Source of the DNA: an uncultured Planctomycetia bacterium | Lineage (GTDB): Bacteria; Omnitrophota; Gorgyraeia; Duberdicusellales; 4484-171 | Length of the DNA: 64,000 nucleotides | Direction: 5' to 3' | Assembly (NCBI GenBank): GCA_964483625.1 | Contig: CAZABB010000004.1 | Coordinates: 6,337 to 70,336 of the forward strand | Part shown: positions 1 through 10,532 of the stretch, in pieces | How positions within the stretch are numbered: the first letter of the stretch is position 1 | Layout: the number at the start of each line of letters is the position of its first letter | Position numbers and translations under genes: made by a program | The notes under the pieces: generated by a model | Database searches by the model: none | Seen by the model: the letters and a program-made list of their open reading frames with translations, nothing else | Told to the model about the DNA's origin: nothing

Positions 1-150
1 AACCCGCTCAGTTTCATGCGAATGGAAGCCGCTTCGTTGATCCCGATAATGATCGGCAGAAGCTTGGTCCCGTCTTTTTCTTTCAAGACCACAATCTGCT
101 CTTTTTTCTGTTCATCGATAATAATACGCGATAATTCTACCTGGACCATA

Positions 151-606
151 TTATTTTTTACTTAGCACATCCCTTAATTCTTTCATGAACTGATTTACAT
201 CCTTAAACTGCCGGTACACGCTGGCAAAGCGGACATAGGCAATCTCATCGATTTGTGAAAGTTTCTCGATCACCAGTTCTCCCACATGTTCGGCCGCAAC
301 CTCCTGGTCGAATTTCTTCTGGATGGAACTTTCCACCTCACTGACCAGTTGATCCAGACGTTCCATGCTGATCGGTCTTTTCTGACAGGCCCGCATCAGG
401 CCGTTCAGTATTTTCTCCCGATTAAACGGTTCCCGCCGGCCGTCTTTTTTAACGACCATCAGCGGTACTTTCTCGATATATTCATACGTCGTAAATCTCT
501 TACCGCAGCTGGTGCATTCCCGGCGGCGACGGATGGAAACCCCTTCCTGGGTTTCCCGCGAATCAATCACCTTATCGGAATTATTATGACAATAGGGACA
601 TTTCAT
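151..606 (-). CDS. nrdR: Transcriptional repressor NrdR
   Basis: N-terminal zinc ribbon (CPYC...CTSCGKRF) plus ATP-cone; full-length, about 150 aa. Confidence 0.93.
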   Translation of the reverse strand: MKCPYCHNNSDKVIDSRETQEGVSIRRRRECTSCGKRFTTYEYIEKVPLMVVKKDGRREPFNREKILNGLMRACQKRPISMERLDQLVSEVESSIQKKFDQEVAAEHVGELVIEKLSQIDEIAYVRFASVYRQFKDVNQFMKELRDVLSKK

Positions 607-685
607 ATTTTTCCCTTCGGGAAATGATTACAGGATTAAAAAAGGATTCCAGTGATTTTCCTCATCACTGTAATCTCTCATATAC

Positions 686-1171
686 TCACCGTAATCTCTG
701 TTTGTATTTTTTCAGTTTTACCTTCGCTTCTTTTAAGAAACCCTTCGCCATATCATCAGGATAACTCTCACCGTAGACAACTTCTCTGATACCGGCATTG
801 ATGATCATTTTAGCACAAATACTGCAGGGCACACAAGTCACATACAGAACACTCCCCTCTACCGATACGCCATGCAGAGCCGCCTGCAGAAGCACATTCT
901 GCTCGGCATGGAGGCCACGGCACAATTCATGCCGCTGACCGGAAGGAACAGAGAGTTGTTCTCTCAGACAACCGGCAACCTCACAATGTGATACACCTGA
1001 AGGCGCGCCGTTGTATCCGGTGGCAAGAATTCTGCGGTTTTTCACCAATACCGCGCCGACACGACGGCGCAGGCAGGTCGAACGCTGACTCACCAGAGAA
1101 GCGGCTTCCATGAAATACTCATCCCATGCCGGCCTTTTTTTCTTAGTTGTCATCTTGGTCTTCACAGACAT
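686..1171 (-). CDS. dCMP deaminase / cytidine-deoxycytidylate deaminase family (ComEB-like)
   Basis: HCEVAGC...[11 protein letters not shown] zinc-binding CDA motifs. Confidence 0.85.
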   Translation of the reverse strand: MSVKTKMTTKKKRPAWDEYFMEAASLVSQRSTCLRRRVGAVLVKNRRILATGYNGAPSGVSHCEVAGCLREQLSVPSGQRHELCRGLHAEQNVLLQAALHGVSVEGSVLYVTCVPCSICAKMIINAGIREVVYGESYPDDMAKGFLKEAKVKLKKYKQRLR

Positions 1172-1180
1172 TTTTCTCCA

Positions 1181-2434
1181 TCAATCCATGGTTATTTCCG
1201 GATATAACGGAAAAGCGTCCACCAACTGAGCGACCGTCCGACGTACCTCATCCAGTTGTTCCTGATCGGCTTTGTGAGTTATTGCCTGGTCTATTGCCTG
1301 AGCCAGTTTCTCCATCTCTTCCTTCCCCATCCCCCGACTGGTAACCGCAGGGGTTCCGATACGTATACCACTTGTGACCAGCGGCGGCTGGGAATCGTAA
1401 GGAATAAGATTCTTATTCACCGTAATATTCACTTCTTCCAGAAGATGCGCGCATTCTTTCCCGGTAAGGCCTTTAGAACGCAGATCAACCAGAAACAGAT
1501 GGGTATCGGTACCTCCGGAGACGATGCGCAGTCCTTTTTGAGATAAACAATCGGAAAAATGGATCGCGTTAGCGACAAGATTTTTCTGATACGTTTTAAA
1601 TTCATCGGTTAATGACAATCCAAACCCGACTGCTTTAGCCGCAATGATATGCATAAGCGGCCCCCCCTGAATACCGGGGAATACGGCCGTATCGATCTTT
1701 TTGGCGAACTCTTTCCGGCAGAGAATAAATCCTCCCCGCGGTCCCCGCAGAGTCTTATGTGTAGTTGACGTTACAAACTCGGCGTATTCGACCGGATTAC
1801 AATAGATACCTGCGGCAACCATGCCGGCAAAATGGGCCATATCCACCATAAGATACGCCCCGACTTTATCGGCAATTTCCCGGAACCGGGCAAAATCGAT
1901 CGTCCGCGGATAGGCACTTGCTCCGGCAATAATCAATTTCGGTTTATGCGTAACTGCTAAGTGCAGAATTTCATCATAATCCAGCTGCTCACTTTCTTTA
2001 TGCACTCCATAGGAAATCACATTATAAAATTTTCCGCTGAAATTCAAGGGATGACCGTGCGAAAGATGCCCGCCGCAGGCAAGGTCCATCGCCAGGATCG
2101 TCTCGCCTTGAGCCAGCATAGCCAGAAGCACCGCCATATTCGCCTGAGTTCCCGAATGAGGCTGAACATTGGCGTGTTCGGCGCCGAATAATTCCTTTAC
2201 CCGGGCCCGGGCAAGATCTTCAGCTTCATCGATATACTGACATCCTCCATACCAGCGCGCTTTCGGGTATCCTTCAGCATATTTATTGGTCAAAGGTGAT
2301 GCCGCCGCCTCAAGCACCGCCAGCGGGGCAAAGTTTTCACTGGCAATCAATTCAATCTGATTACGCTGCCGGCTGATTTCATGCCTGACGCTCTGATACA
2401 CCTGGGAGTCTACTTTTTTGAGAATCTCATACAT
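1181..2434 (-). CDS. glyA: Serine hydroxymethyltransferase
   Basis: 417 aa. Canonical SHMT N-terminus (LIASENF) and the PLP-lysine motif [12 protein letters not shown]. Confidence 0.96.
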   Translation of the reverse strand: MYEILKKVDSQVYQSVRHEISRQRNQIELIASENFAPLAVLEAAASPLTNKYAEGYPKARWYGGCQYIDEAEDLARARVKELFGAEHANVQPHSGTQANMAVLLAMLAQGETILAMDLACGGHLSHGHPLNFSGKFYNVISYGVHKESEQLDYDEILHLAVTHKPKLIIAGASAYPRTIDFARFREIADKVGAYLMVDMAHFAGMVAAGIYCNPVEYAEFVTSTTHKTLRGPRGGFILCRKEFAKKIDTAVFPGIQGGPLMHIIAAKAVGFGLSLTDEFKTYQKNLVANAIHFSDCLSQKGLRIVSGGTDTHLFLVDLRSKGLTGKECAHLLEEVNITVNKNLIPYDSQPPLVTSGIRIGTPAVTSRGMGKEEMEKLAQAIDQAITHKADQEQLDEVRRTVAQLVDAFPLYPEITMD

Positions 2435-2876
2435 CTTCTTTCTCCTCTATCTTTTTTATTTTCCGCAGGCGGCGCAGATGCCGGCCTCCTTCAAAATCGG
2501 TCGTAAGCCATTTTTTTACGATCTTTCGTGCTTCTTCTCTCTTTAAGAACCCTGAAGCCAGAACGATGATATTACTGTTATTATGCTTACGGGTCAAAGC
2601 CGCAACCCTGACGCTTCCCACCAATGCCGCCCGGACTCCCTTAACCTTGTTTGCGGCGATTGAACTGCCCACTCCCGTATAACAGATCAACACGCCCCGT
2701 TCGACTTTCTTATCGCGTACTCCTTTGGCCAGAGCGTAGGAATAATCGGGATAATCGCAGGAATCCTGAGAATATGTCCCGTAATCAACGGTGACATGAC
2801 CGTTCTGGGTAGCCCACTCCATAAGGAAATTCTTCAGATTAAATCCGCGATGATCACACGCAAAACCTATCTTCAT
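2427..2876 (-). CDS. rpiB: Ribose-5-phosphate isomerase B
   Basis: [12 protein letters not shown]... RpiB/LacAB family. The start was moved to the internal Met, because the upstream extension is not conserved. Confidence 0.88.
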   Translation of the reverse strand: MKIGFACDHRGFNLKNFLMEWATQNGHVTVDYGTYSQDSCDYPDYSYALAKGVRDKKVERGVLICYTGVGSSIAANKVKGVRAALVGSVRVAALTRKHNNSNIIVLASGFLKREEARKIVKKWLTTDFEGGRHLRRLRKIKKIEEKEDV

Positions 2877-2888
2877 AATAACCTTTCG

Positions 2889-2984
2889 AGTCACATGACA
2901 CACGTCACACGACACACGTAAAGAAATCCTGTTTCTGTTTCCCTTTCGACGTGTGACCTTGTGACTATGTGACTTTGTGACGTG
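2889..2984. repeat. Palindromic intergenic element built of 7-8-bp TGTGAC direct repeats (GTGAC element, copy a)
   Basis: Left arm GTCACATGACACACGTCACACGACACACGT. Right arm GACGTGTGACCTTGTGACTATGTGACTTTGTGACGTGT. Related copies at 29334-29407, 55110-55144, 55993-56063 and 58961-58995. Confidence 0.75.
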
Positions 2985-2985
2985 T

Positions 2986-4047
2986 TTACAGCCATTCTCT
3001 CAATTCGACGACGGCGGTTTTGATCAGCTCATAGACTTTTTGATACACCTGACGGGGCTGACCGATGGGGTCCTGAATGTCCACCTCCGGACTCTTGGGT
3101 AAAAACTTGCTTAAGGGAAAGACACGGGCCCCGACCGTAGGCTCCAACTTTAATACGTAATCCTTCTGACTGTTTTCCATAGTAAAAATAAGATCGGCCG
3201 AAAGAAGCGTCTCGCGGTCAAGCCGGCAGGACGAGTGGTCGACCGCGCCGATTTCTTCTTCATGAAACAGGATATCGAGCACCGAATCCGACGCTCCTCT
3301 TCCTTCGGAAGCAGCAACGCCACAAGAAATAATTTCATACCGGTCGGCAAGTTGAGGATCGTATTCGAATAAATACTTCTTAAGGAGGTATTCGGACAAA
3401 ACCGAACGACAGGTGTTTCCCGTACAGACAAACACGAGACGTTTTTTGACGAACGTTTCCACGATTTCCCGCGTCGTAATCACCCCTTCCCGCAAGATTT
3501 TAAACGGATGATACGTAATATCAAGCACCGTTGACGGCTGACAATACCGGGAAACTCCACCATCAACAATCATATCTATCTGTTCATTGAACGAGCTTTC
3601 CACATCATCGGCACTGAAAGCTTCCTGCTGACCGGTCACATTGGCCGAGGGAAGATAAATCGGGTCGGTTAACCCAGAAAGAATCCGCTGCAGGATATCG
3701 TGAGCCGGGACTCGTACTCCCACCTTCTCATCCTTCTTATCATAAAATATCATCGTCAACGGCCCCGGCCAGAACCGTTCAATGAGGCGATACCCGTAAG
3801 GCGGTAACGTAGTAAAGATATTCAACGCCTGATCTACACTTCCCACCACAAGGGTAAACGGCTTACTCGTATCTCTCTGTTTTATCGTATACAATTTCTC
3901 AACCGCAGCCTTGTCCCGGGCCAGCGCTCCCAGCCCGTACACCGTCTCGGTAGGAAGAGCGACGATTCCACCGTGCAAAATCGTATCCTTAACTTCCTGA
4001 AAGGATGCCAGATCCGAACCCTGCGCGTTCAGCTGAACTCTTTTCAT
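2986..4047 (-). CDS. Fusion of L-threonylcarbamoyladenylate synthase (TsaC/Sua5, YrdC domain) with a low-molecular-weight protein tyrosine/arginine phosphatase
   Basis: N-terminus has GGIVALPTETVYGLGA (YrdC). C-terminus has LVFVCTGNTCRS (CX5R P-loop of LMW-PTP) and a DP motif. Confidence 0.85.
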   Translation of the reverse strand: MKRVQLNAQGSDLASFQEVKDTILHGGIVALPTETVYGLGALARDKAAVEKLYTIKQRDTSKPFTLVVGSVDQALNIFTTLPPYGYRLIERFWPGPLTMIFYDKKDEKVGVRVPAHDILQRILSGLTDPIYLPSANVTGQQEAFSADDVESSFNEQIDMIVDGGVSRYCQPSTVLDITYHPFKILREGVITTREIVETFVKKRLVFVCTGNTCRSVLSEYLLKKYLFEYDPQLADRYEIISCGVAASEGRGASDSVLDILFHEEEIGAVDHSSCRLDRETLLSADLIFTMENSQKDYVLKLEPTVGARVFPLSKFLPKSPEVDIQDPIGQPRQVYQKVYELIKTAVVELREWL

Positions 4048-4502
4048 TTTTTGAATTTTTTCTCTACTTGCCCCAGAGGTTTCTCATATTCTTTGTATTG
4101 CCCGGCAAGAATACGTAACGCAAAAATAATTCCGTTAATGAACCCCTTTTTACCGATACCGGTACTGACCAGACCGATCCCCTTAGGCACCTCGGCAATA
4201 GAAAGAAGGCTTTCTATCCCGTTGAGAGGCCCCCCTTCAAGCGGCACACCGATGACCGGGACATTCACATAAGAAGCGACAACACCGGGCAATGCCGCTG
4301 AAAGACCGGCACAGGCAATAATTACTTCAACTCCCCGGCGTTTAGCGTATTTACAAAACGTCCTCAACTCATCGGGATGACGATGGGCGGAAATGACCTC
4401 TAACGTATAGGGAACCCGGGTACTTTTCAGAAGATCAAACCCGTCCTGTAATTTCGTTTTATCCGATTTACTGCCCAGAATTATTGCGATTTTTGCCTTC
4501 AT
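4044..4502 (-). CDS. purE: N5-carboxyaminoimidazole ribonucleotide mutase
   Basis: MKAKIAIILGSKSD...SAHR...AGLSAALPGVVA PurE signature. Confidence 0.93.
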   Translation of the reverse strand: MKAKIAIILGSKSDKTKLQDGFDLLKSTRVPYTLEVISAHRHPDELRTFCKYAKRRGVEVIIACAGLSAALPGVVASYVNVPVIGVPLEGGPLNGIESLLSIAEVPKGIGLVSTGIGKKGFINGIIFALRILAGQYKEYEKPLGQVEKKFKK

Positions 4503-4553
4503 AGTCCCCCCATTTTATACTGGTCTTTTCGAAATTGCAACCCTCAAGGCCCT

Positions 4554-5843
4554 CTACCGTGAGAGTAATTTTAAGCCCTTATCGCCGATATCATGCCGGA
4601 AATGCATCCCTTCAAAGCCGATTCGATCAACCCCCTCATACGCTCTTTCTTTAGACTGAGCCAGCGTATCCCCCAGAGCCACGACGTTCAAAACCCTCCC
4701 GCCTGAGGTAACGATGTCTCCGGTATCAGAACGTGTGGTACCTGCATGAAATACGTACGTATCCTTTTGAGAATCAATCCGTTCCAGCCCGGTTATGACG
4801 TTGCCTTTCTGGTAGGCTGCGGGATACCCGCCGGAGGCAAGTACCACCGCGATACAATACCGCGGATCCCAGAGGAGTTCGGTTTCTGCCAATCTTTCTT
4901 CGGCAGACTTGATCATTACTTCCAGCAGGTCTGATTTCAGTTTCGGTACAACTACCTGAGTTTCGGGATCCCCGAACCGGACATTGAACTCAAGAACATA
5001 GGGAATCCCGTCTTGAATCATCAACCCGGCATAGAGCACCCCTTTATACTTCTTACCCTGCCGCCTTAATCCTCCGATAAGCGGTGCGAAAATCTCGTTG
5101 ATGATTTTTTCATACATCGCCTCACTCACGACCGGAGCCGGGGCATACGCCCCCATCCCGCCGGTATTGGGCCCCTGGTCCTGATCGAATACCCGTTTAT
5201 GATCCTGTGATGCCACAAGCGGCAAAATTGTTTCTCCGTCGGTGATAACCAGGATCGATGCTTCTTCGCCGCTGAGCATCTCCTCAATCACAATCCGATT
5301 ACCGGCCGGACCGAATTGTTTTTTTCGCATAATCATATCGATCGCTTTTTGAGTTTCATCGCGGCTTTTAGCGATAATCACTCCTTTACCGGCAGCCAGT
5401 CCGTCGGCTTTGATCACGACCGGCATCGGTATCGTATTGATGTATGAAGACGCCGCATCGGCATCATCGAACACGGTAAAATCCGCGGTAGGAATGCTGA
5501 ATTCCCTTAACAATTCTTTCGTGTAAATCTTACTGCCTTCAAGCTGAGCCAGTTCTTTTGATGGCCCGAAAACAGAAATCCCCTCGGTCTCAAACAGATC
5601 AACGATCCCCTCGACTAACGGAACTTCCGGGCCGACGATGACAAAATCGATTTTTTCTTTTTGCGCGAAAGACAATAACGCATTCATATCATGCGCTTGG
5701 ATCGCGACATTTTCCCCCACCTGGCTTGTTCCGCCGTTTCCGGGTGCACAGTATATATTCTGGGCAAGGGCAGACTGGGCAATTTTCCACGCCAGACAAT
5801 GTTCCCGGCCGCCGGAACCGATAATTAAGACTTTTTTACCCAT
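4554..5843 (-). CDS. purD: Phosphoribosylamine-glycine ligase
   Basis: MGKKVLIIGSGGREHCLAWK... ATP-grasp protein, 429 aa. Confidence 0.94.
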   Translation of the reverse strand: MGKKVLIIGSGGREHCLAWKIAQSALAQNIYCAPGNGGTSQVGENVAIQAHDMNALLSFAQKEKIDFVIVGPEVPLVEGIVDLFETEGISVFGPSKELAQLEGSKIYTKELLREFSIPTADFTVFDDADAASSYINTIPMPVVIKADGLAAGKGVIIAKSRDETQKAIDMIMRKKQFGPAGNRIVIEEMLSGEEASILVITDGETILPLVASQDHKRVFDQDQGPNTGGMGAYAPAPVVSEAMYEKIINEIFAPLIGGLRRQGKKYKGVLYAGLMIQDGIPYVLEFNVRFGDPETQVVVPKLKSDLLEVMIKSAEERLAETELLWDPRYCIAVVLASGGYPAAYQKGNVITGLERIDSQKDTYVFHAGTTRSDTGDIVTSGGRVLNVVALGDTLAQSKERAYEGVDRIGFEGMHFRHDIGDKGLKLLSR

Positions 5844-6847
5844 ACAATTTTATTCGTTTTCGCTGAAGATTTCCCGATCGTTCCGATCACATACGTTTTA
5901 CAGAACTTCTCCATCACCCTCCGGCAGCGAGACACCGCGTCCTTTTTCACCACCATGACCATTCCGATCCCCATATTGAACACCGAATACATCTCTTTTT
6001 CCCTGATATTGCCTTTTTTCTGAATACGACGGAATATCTCCGGTACCGGCCAAGCGCTCTTATTCAGTTCCATCCGGTAGCCTGAGGGGATAATTTTTGT
6101 CGCTTTGGTATAAAACGCGCCGCCGGTTACATGCGCAATCCCTTTAACTCCATGCGGCTTACCCCTGGCGGCCGATAATACCGAAAGGACCGGTTTTACG
6201 TAAATCCTTGTAGGCGCAAGGATCTGGCGCGCGTATTTTTTCATCTCAAGGTTTGAGAACACTCCTCTGACCAGAGAGTAGCCGTTAGAATGGATCCCTC
6301 CTGAAGCAAGTCCGATAACGACATCTCCGGAGGTAATTTTCTTTCCGTCGATGATACGCTTCTTATCCACGATCCCCACGGCGAACCCGGCGAGATCATA
6401 TTCCCCCGGCTTATACATATCCGGCATTTCCGCGGTTTCCCCGCCTGAGAGCGAACAACCGGAATCTGTTAAGCCCTTTTTGATCCCCCGCATAATATCA
6501 CGTAAACAGCGGATATCCATTTTCCCGCAGGCAATATAATCCAGAAAGAAAAGAGGACGGGCTCCGATAGAGACGATATCATTGGTATTCATCGCCACAA
6601 GATCGATCCCCACGGTATGATGGATCCCCAGTTTCTGCGCGATCAACAATTTAGTTCCCACTCCGTCGGCTGAAGACACCAGATACGGATCCTTACAGGT
6701 ACGCACAAAGGGAGCCAGGGGAAAAAGTGAACCAAACGCCGCGACCGTTTGTTTACCTTGTGAGGGGAACATCCGTTTCAGGACAGATACGAAACGTTCA
6801 CCTTGCGAGATATTCACGCCGCATGATGTATAGGTTATGCGTTTCAT
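5825..6847 (-). CDS. purM: Phosphoribosylformylglycinamidine cyclo-ligase (AIR synthetase)
   Basis: PurM N- and C-domains; DGVGTKL motif. Confidence 0.92.
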   Translation of the reverse strand: MKRITYTSCGVNISQGERFVSVLKRMFPSQGKQTVAAFGSLFPLAPFVRTCKDPYLVSSADGVGTKLLIAQKLGIHHTVGIDLVAMNTNDIVSIGARPLFFLDYIACGKMDIRCLRDIMRGIKKGLTDSGCSLSGGETAEMPDMYKPGEYDLAGFAVGIVDKKRIIDGKKITSGDVVIGLASGGIHSNGYSLVRGVFSNLEMKKYARQILAPTRIYVKPVLSVLSAARGKPHGVKGIAHVTGGAFYTKATKIIPSGYRMELNKSAWPVPEIFRRIQKKGNIREKEMYSVFNMGIGMVMVVKKDAVSRCRRVMEKFCKTYVIGTIGKSSAKTNKIVWVKKS

Positions 6848-6853
6848 GACTTT

Positions 6854-7627
6854 TTATTTGAAATATTCCACGGCATTTTCCAATATCCTGCGGCCAAAGG
6901 GGATTCCCCTTTCCTTACCGTGCCAGAACGGATAATGATGCTGGTGAAAACATCTCTCCGGATGCGGCATAAGCCCCAGGATTCTACCGGTCTTATCGGT
7001 AATACCGGCAATATGATCCAAGGATCCGTTCGGGTTTTGGGGATAACCGGCATTATTGCCCTGCGCATCGGCATACTGTAACGCCGCCTGCCGCTGAGTC
7101 TTCATTGTATCCAAAATATCATCCTTTGCAAAGAACTTCCCCTCCCCGTGGGCAACAGGGAGCTGAATGACGGGGGGAAGTTTTTGAAGCCAGATCTTGC
7201 GAGCCGGATGGTCGGGATCCTGAGGAACGCGCAGATATACCCAGCGGTCTTCGAATCTTCCGGAATCATTGTCAGTCAACGTCACTTTCTGGATAAAATC
7301 AGCGTCGGGAAGAATCCCCGTTTTCACCAGGACCTGGAATCCGTTACAGATTCCGATCATCAATCCTCCCCCGGCTAAAAAAACCTGCAGCTGATCCTTA
7401 AACCATAACAAGAGTTCCAGAGAAAAAATCTTTCCCGCCCCCAGGTCATCTCCGTAACTGAATCCCCCCGGCACGCAGATAATCTGATACCCGCGAAGGG
7501 TTCTTTTCTCCTTCAGCGTATTGATATGCAAACGCTGACAATCGGCGCCAAGGGCCCCGAAGGCGGATTCAGTCTCCCGGTCACAATTAATTCCCGCTGT
7601 TCTTAATACCAGCACCTTAATGCTCAT
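6854..7627 (-). CDS. purQ: Phosphoribosylformylglycinamidine synthase, glutaminase subunit
   Basis: Class I glutamine amidotransferase; sits in the purSLQ context. Confidence 0.9.
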   Translation of the reverse strand: MSIKVLVLRTAGINCDRETESAFGALGADCQRLHINTLKEKRTLRGYQIICVPGGFSYGDDLGAGKIFSLELLLWFKDQLQVFLAGGGLMIGICNGFQVLVKTGILPDADFIQKVTLTDNDSGRFEDRWVYLRVPQDPDHPARKIWLQKLPPVIQLPVAHGEGKFFAKDDILDTMKTQRQAALQYADAQGNNAGYPQNPNGSLDHIAGITDKTGRILGLMPHPERCFHQHHYPFWHGKERGIPFGRRILENAVEYFK

Positions 7628-10512
7628 ATCCGAAACTCCGCAAACGCCTCTAACCAGCTTTTCCTTAAGTCTCTGACCCCGCAGGTAACAACCGGGTCCC
7701 CGCCGGTGCCGTAGATAGTAACCTGCTCACCTTCGGAGACACATCCTATCAGTCCGTACGGCGTATCTCCCATCATGTTCTCAAACCTTTGCTTTTCTTC
7801 CTTTCTTACCTCGATAATAAATCGGGACGGGGATTCGGAAAACAAAAGTTCATAGTCAAGTATCTCGCCACCTTTAGGCATCTCCTTCAGGAACACATCG
7901 GCACCGTGTCCGGACCCCATACACATCTCGGCCACCGCCACCGCCATCCCGCCTTCGGAACAATCGTGACAGGCGCAAACCGGTCCGGATGAGATCGCCT
8001 CACTTACCTTCATAAATACCGAGTACGCACTCGTCTCCACCTTAGGTACCACCCCGCCGGTTACGCCTTGAGCGCGAAAATATTCCGATGCCCCCATATG
8101 AGATGTAGTCTTGCCTACCAGATAAATCAGGTTGGAGCCTGCGGTAAAATGACTTGGGATCGTCTTTCGCCAATCGTCGATAACCGATACCGCTGAGATA
8201 AGGAGTGTTCCGGGTATAGAAATACGTTTTCCCTCGACAATATATTCATTATATAGACTGTCTTTACCGGAAATAAAGGGAGTCTTGAATTGTGTGGCGA
8301 AATCATAGCAGGCTTCGCTGGCCCGTACCAGCCCGGCAAGAACCTTTTCATCGGTAGGCGCCCCCCAACTGAAATTATCCAGGAGGAACGTGGTTGAGAG
8401 GTTCCCACCGGAGGCAATGATATTACGCAGCGCCTCATCAATAGCCAGCGCTGCCATCCAGTACGGATCGATATCGGAATAGAACGGATTGATTCCCAAT
8501 CCGATCAGGACACCCTTCTCACTGTTCAGGTCAGGTCGCACGCAACTGGCATCGCCGACGGCCACGGTCTGATCCTGCATAAATGGTTTGAGGACCGACC
8601 CGCCCTGGACCTCATGATCATATTCGGTAATAATCCAGTCTTTGGGAGCGATATTAGGCGAGGAAAGCAATGTCTTCAGGTCACCGGTGTAATCGCTACG
8701 CTCCGAGATCTTTATATCCTTCTCTACCGGCGCGATCCATTCGGCTTTCTTCTTCAACCGCGGTATTTCAAATAAAAAATCAAGATCAAGGCAACACACC
8801 GGCTGACCCTCGTAAAAAAGGCTCAGTTTCTTATCTGAGGTCACCTCTCCGATCACGGTATACTCGACCTCTTCCTCCTCGAATATCTTCTTTATGTGAG
8901 CGAGCTTATTTTTTTGCGTAAAGAAAACCATCCGCTCCTGAGACTCGGAAATCCATATCTCGGTATACGTTAATCCGGCGTACTTCGAAGGCACCTTCTC
9001 CAGGTCGACTCTCACGCCGTGACCTTGAGCCAGTTCGGTTACCGCGCTGCTTAAGCCTCCCGCGCCGCAATCGGTAATGGCGGTAAACAGATTATCTTTT
9101 TGCGCCCGCAAGATCGCTTCGGTAAGCTTTTTTTCCTCAATCGGATTACCGATCTGTACCGCCTGAGTCAGAGTAATCGTCGTCTCATCCAGTTCCGTGG
9201 AAGAAAATGTCGCCCCATGGATACCGTCCCGTCCGGTCTTGGCCCCACAGACAATGACCACATCACCGGGATGCGCCTCTTTAAACGCTTTATCATGGGG
9301 CAGAATGCCCAGAGTACCGCAATACACCAGAGGATTTCCCAGGAACCGCTTATCGAACATGACCGCCCCGGCTACGGTGGGAATCCCCATGCGATTGCCG
9401 TAATCACGCACGCCGCGAACGACCCCCTTGATCACCCGGCGCGGATGGAGTAACCCCTTAGGGACTTCATCGTAGGCCATCTGCCACGGCGAAAAACAAA
9501 AAACATCGATCGACGCGACCGGACGGGCCGCGCATCCGGTACCTAAAATATCCCTGATGACGCCGCCGATACCGGTGGAAGCGCCGCCGTAAGGTTCAAG
9601 GCTTGAGGGATGGTTATGCGTCTCCACCTTAAAACAAAGATGAAAATCGTCATTAAACCGCACCACACCTGAATTATCTTCGAATACCGAGATGCAATCC
9701 TGCGAAGCGATTTCTTTCGTCGCTTTCATCACGGTTTCTTTAAGCAGGTTATTAATCGTTTTCTCTTCGATGACGTTTCCCTCCTGATCTTTGCCGGTAT
9801 AGTCGATCCTGCCGCGAAACGTCTTATGAGCGCAGTGTTCCGACCAGGTCTGAGCGATAGTCTCCAACTCACAATCGGTAGGGGAACGTTTGAGCCGACA
9901 GAAATAATCCTGGATGATCTTCATTTCATCAAGCGACAAAGAAAGACAACCCCGGCGGGATATCTCCTGAAGTTTCTCATCGGACGCGTTTTCTAACGGG
10001 ATTGTTTGTAAAGAAAACTCATATTTTTTACCGCTGAAAGCCTCAAGGGTAGAGAGATCTTTGACTTTTTCATAGGCGACGATATGTTCGATCAACGGAT
10101 TATATAACAGCTTTTCGGCAATCAGGCGGATCTCGTCCTCGCGTAAGCCGGAAAAGGTATATGCCCGCGCCGTACAGACACCTTCGGCGCCGAAAGAGAT
10201 ATCCCCGAGCGCTTTCTGAAACGAAAGAGCTACCGGGTCACATACTCCGGGATTATAGGTAATCAGGATATCACCGGGGGCGGGTTCGCGAGGGAAAAAC
10301 CCCTGACTGACGGTAAACTCCTCGAGGACCGGATCGATCAGCAGCCGACGGGCGACGTCGGTAATATCTGAAGATGCGGCATCGGACTCGATATAATATA
10401 CTTTATGCGAAGCAACATCGCACTCTTTCTTAATCCCAAGGTCTTTAATGTGCGAACGGACTCCGTTATCACTCGACCGCGTGTAAGAAAAAACATCGAT
10501 TCGCCAGATCAT
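7624..10512 (-). CDS. purL: FGAM synthase II with a fused N-terminal PurS domain (PurS-PurL)
   Basis: 962 aa. The first ~80 aa are PurS-like (…LLIDPVLEEF). The remainder is small-type PurL. Confidence 0.88.
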   Translation of the reverse strand: MIWRIDVFSYTRSSDNGVRSHIKDLGIKKECDVASHKVYYIESDAASSDITDVARRLLIDPVLEEFTVSQGFFPREPAPGDILITYNPGVCDPVALSFQKALGDISFGAEGVCTARAYTFSGLREDEIRLIAEKLLYNPLIEHIVAYEKVKDLSTLEAFSGKKYEFSLQTIPLENASDEKLQEISRRGCLSLSLDEMKIIQDYFCRLKRSPTDCELETIAQTWSEHCAHKTFRGRIDYTGKDQEGNVIEEKTINNLLKETVMKATKEIASQDCISVFEDNSGVVRFNDDFHLCFKVETHNHPSSLEPYGGASTGIGGVIRDILGTGCAARPVASIDVFCFSPWQMAYDEVPKGLLHPRRVIKGVVRGVRDYGNRMGIPTVAGAVMFDKRFLGNPLVYCGTLGILPHDKAFKEAHPGDVVIVCGAKTGRDGIHGATFSSTELDETTITLTQAVQIGNPIEEKKLTEAILRAQKDNLFTAITDCGAGGLSSAVTELAQGHGVRVDLEKVPSKYAGLTYTEIWISESQERMVFFTQKNKLAHIKKIFEEEEVEYTVIGEVTSDKKLSLFYEGQPVCCLDLDFLFEIPRLKKKAEWIAPVEKDIKISERSDYTGDLKTLLSSPNIAPKDWIITEYDHEVQGGSVLKPFMQDQTVAVGDASCVRPDLNSEKGVLIGLGINPFYSDIDPYWMAALAIDEALRNIIASGGNLSTTFLLDNFSWGAPTDEKVLAGLVRASEACYDFATQFKTPFISGKDSLYNEYIVEGKRISIPGTLLISAVSVIDDWRKTIPSHFTAGSNLIYLVGKTTSHMGASEYFRAQGVTGGVVPKVETSAYSVFMKVSEAISSGPVCACHDCSEGGMAVAVAEMCMGSGHGADVFLKEMPKGGEILDYELLFSESPSRFIIEVRKEEKQRFENMMGDTPYGLIGCVSEGEQVTIYGTGGDPVVTCGVRDLRKSWLEAFAEFRI

Positions 10513-10532
10513 GCAGGATAGGTCGGTTTAAC

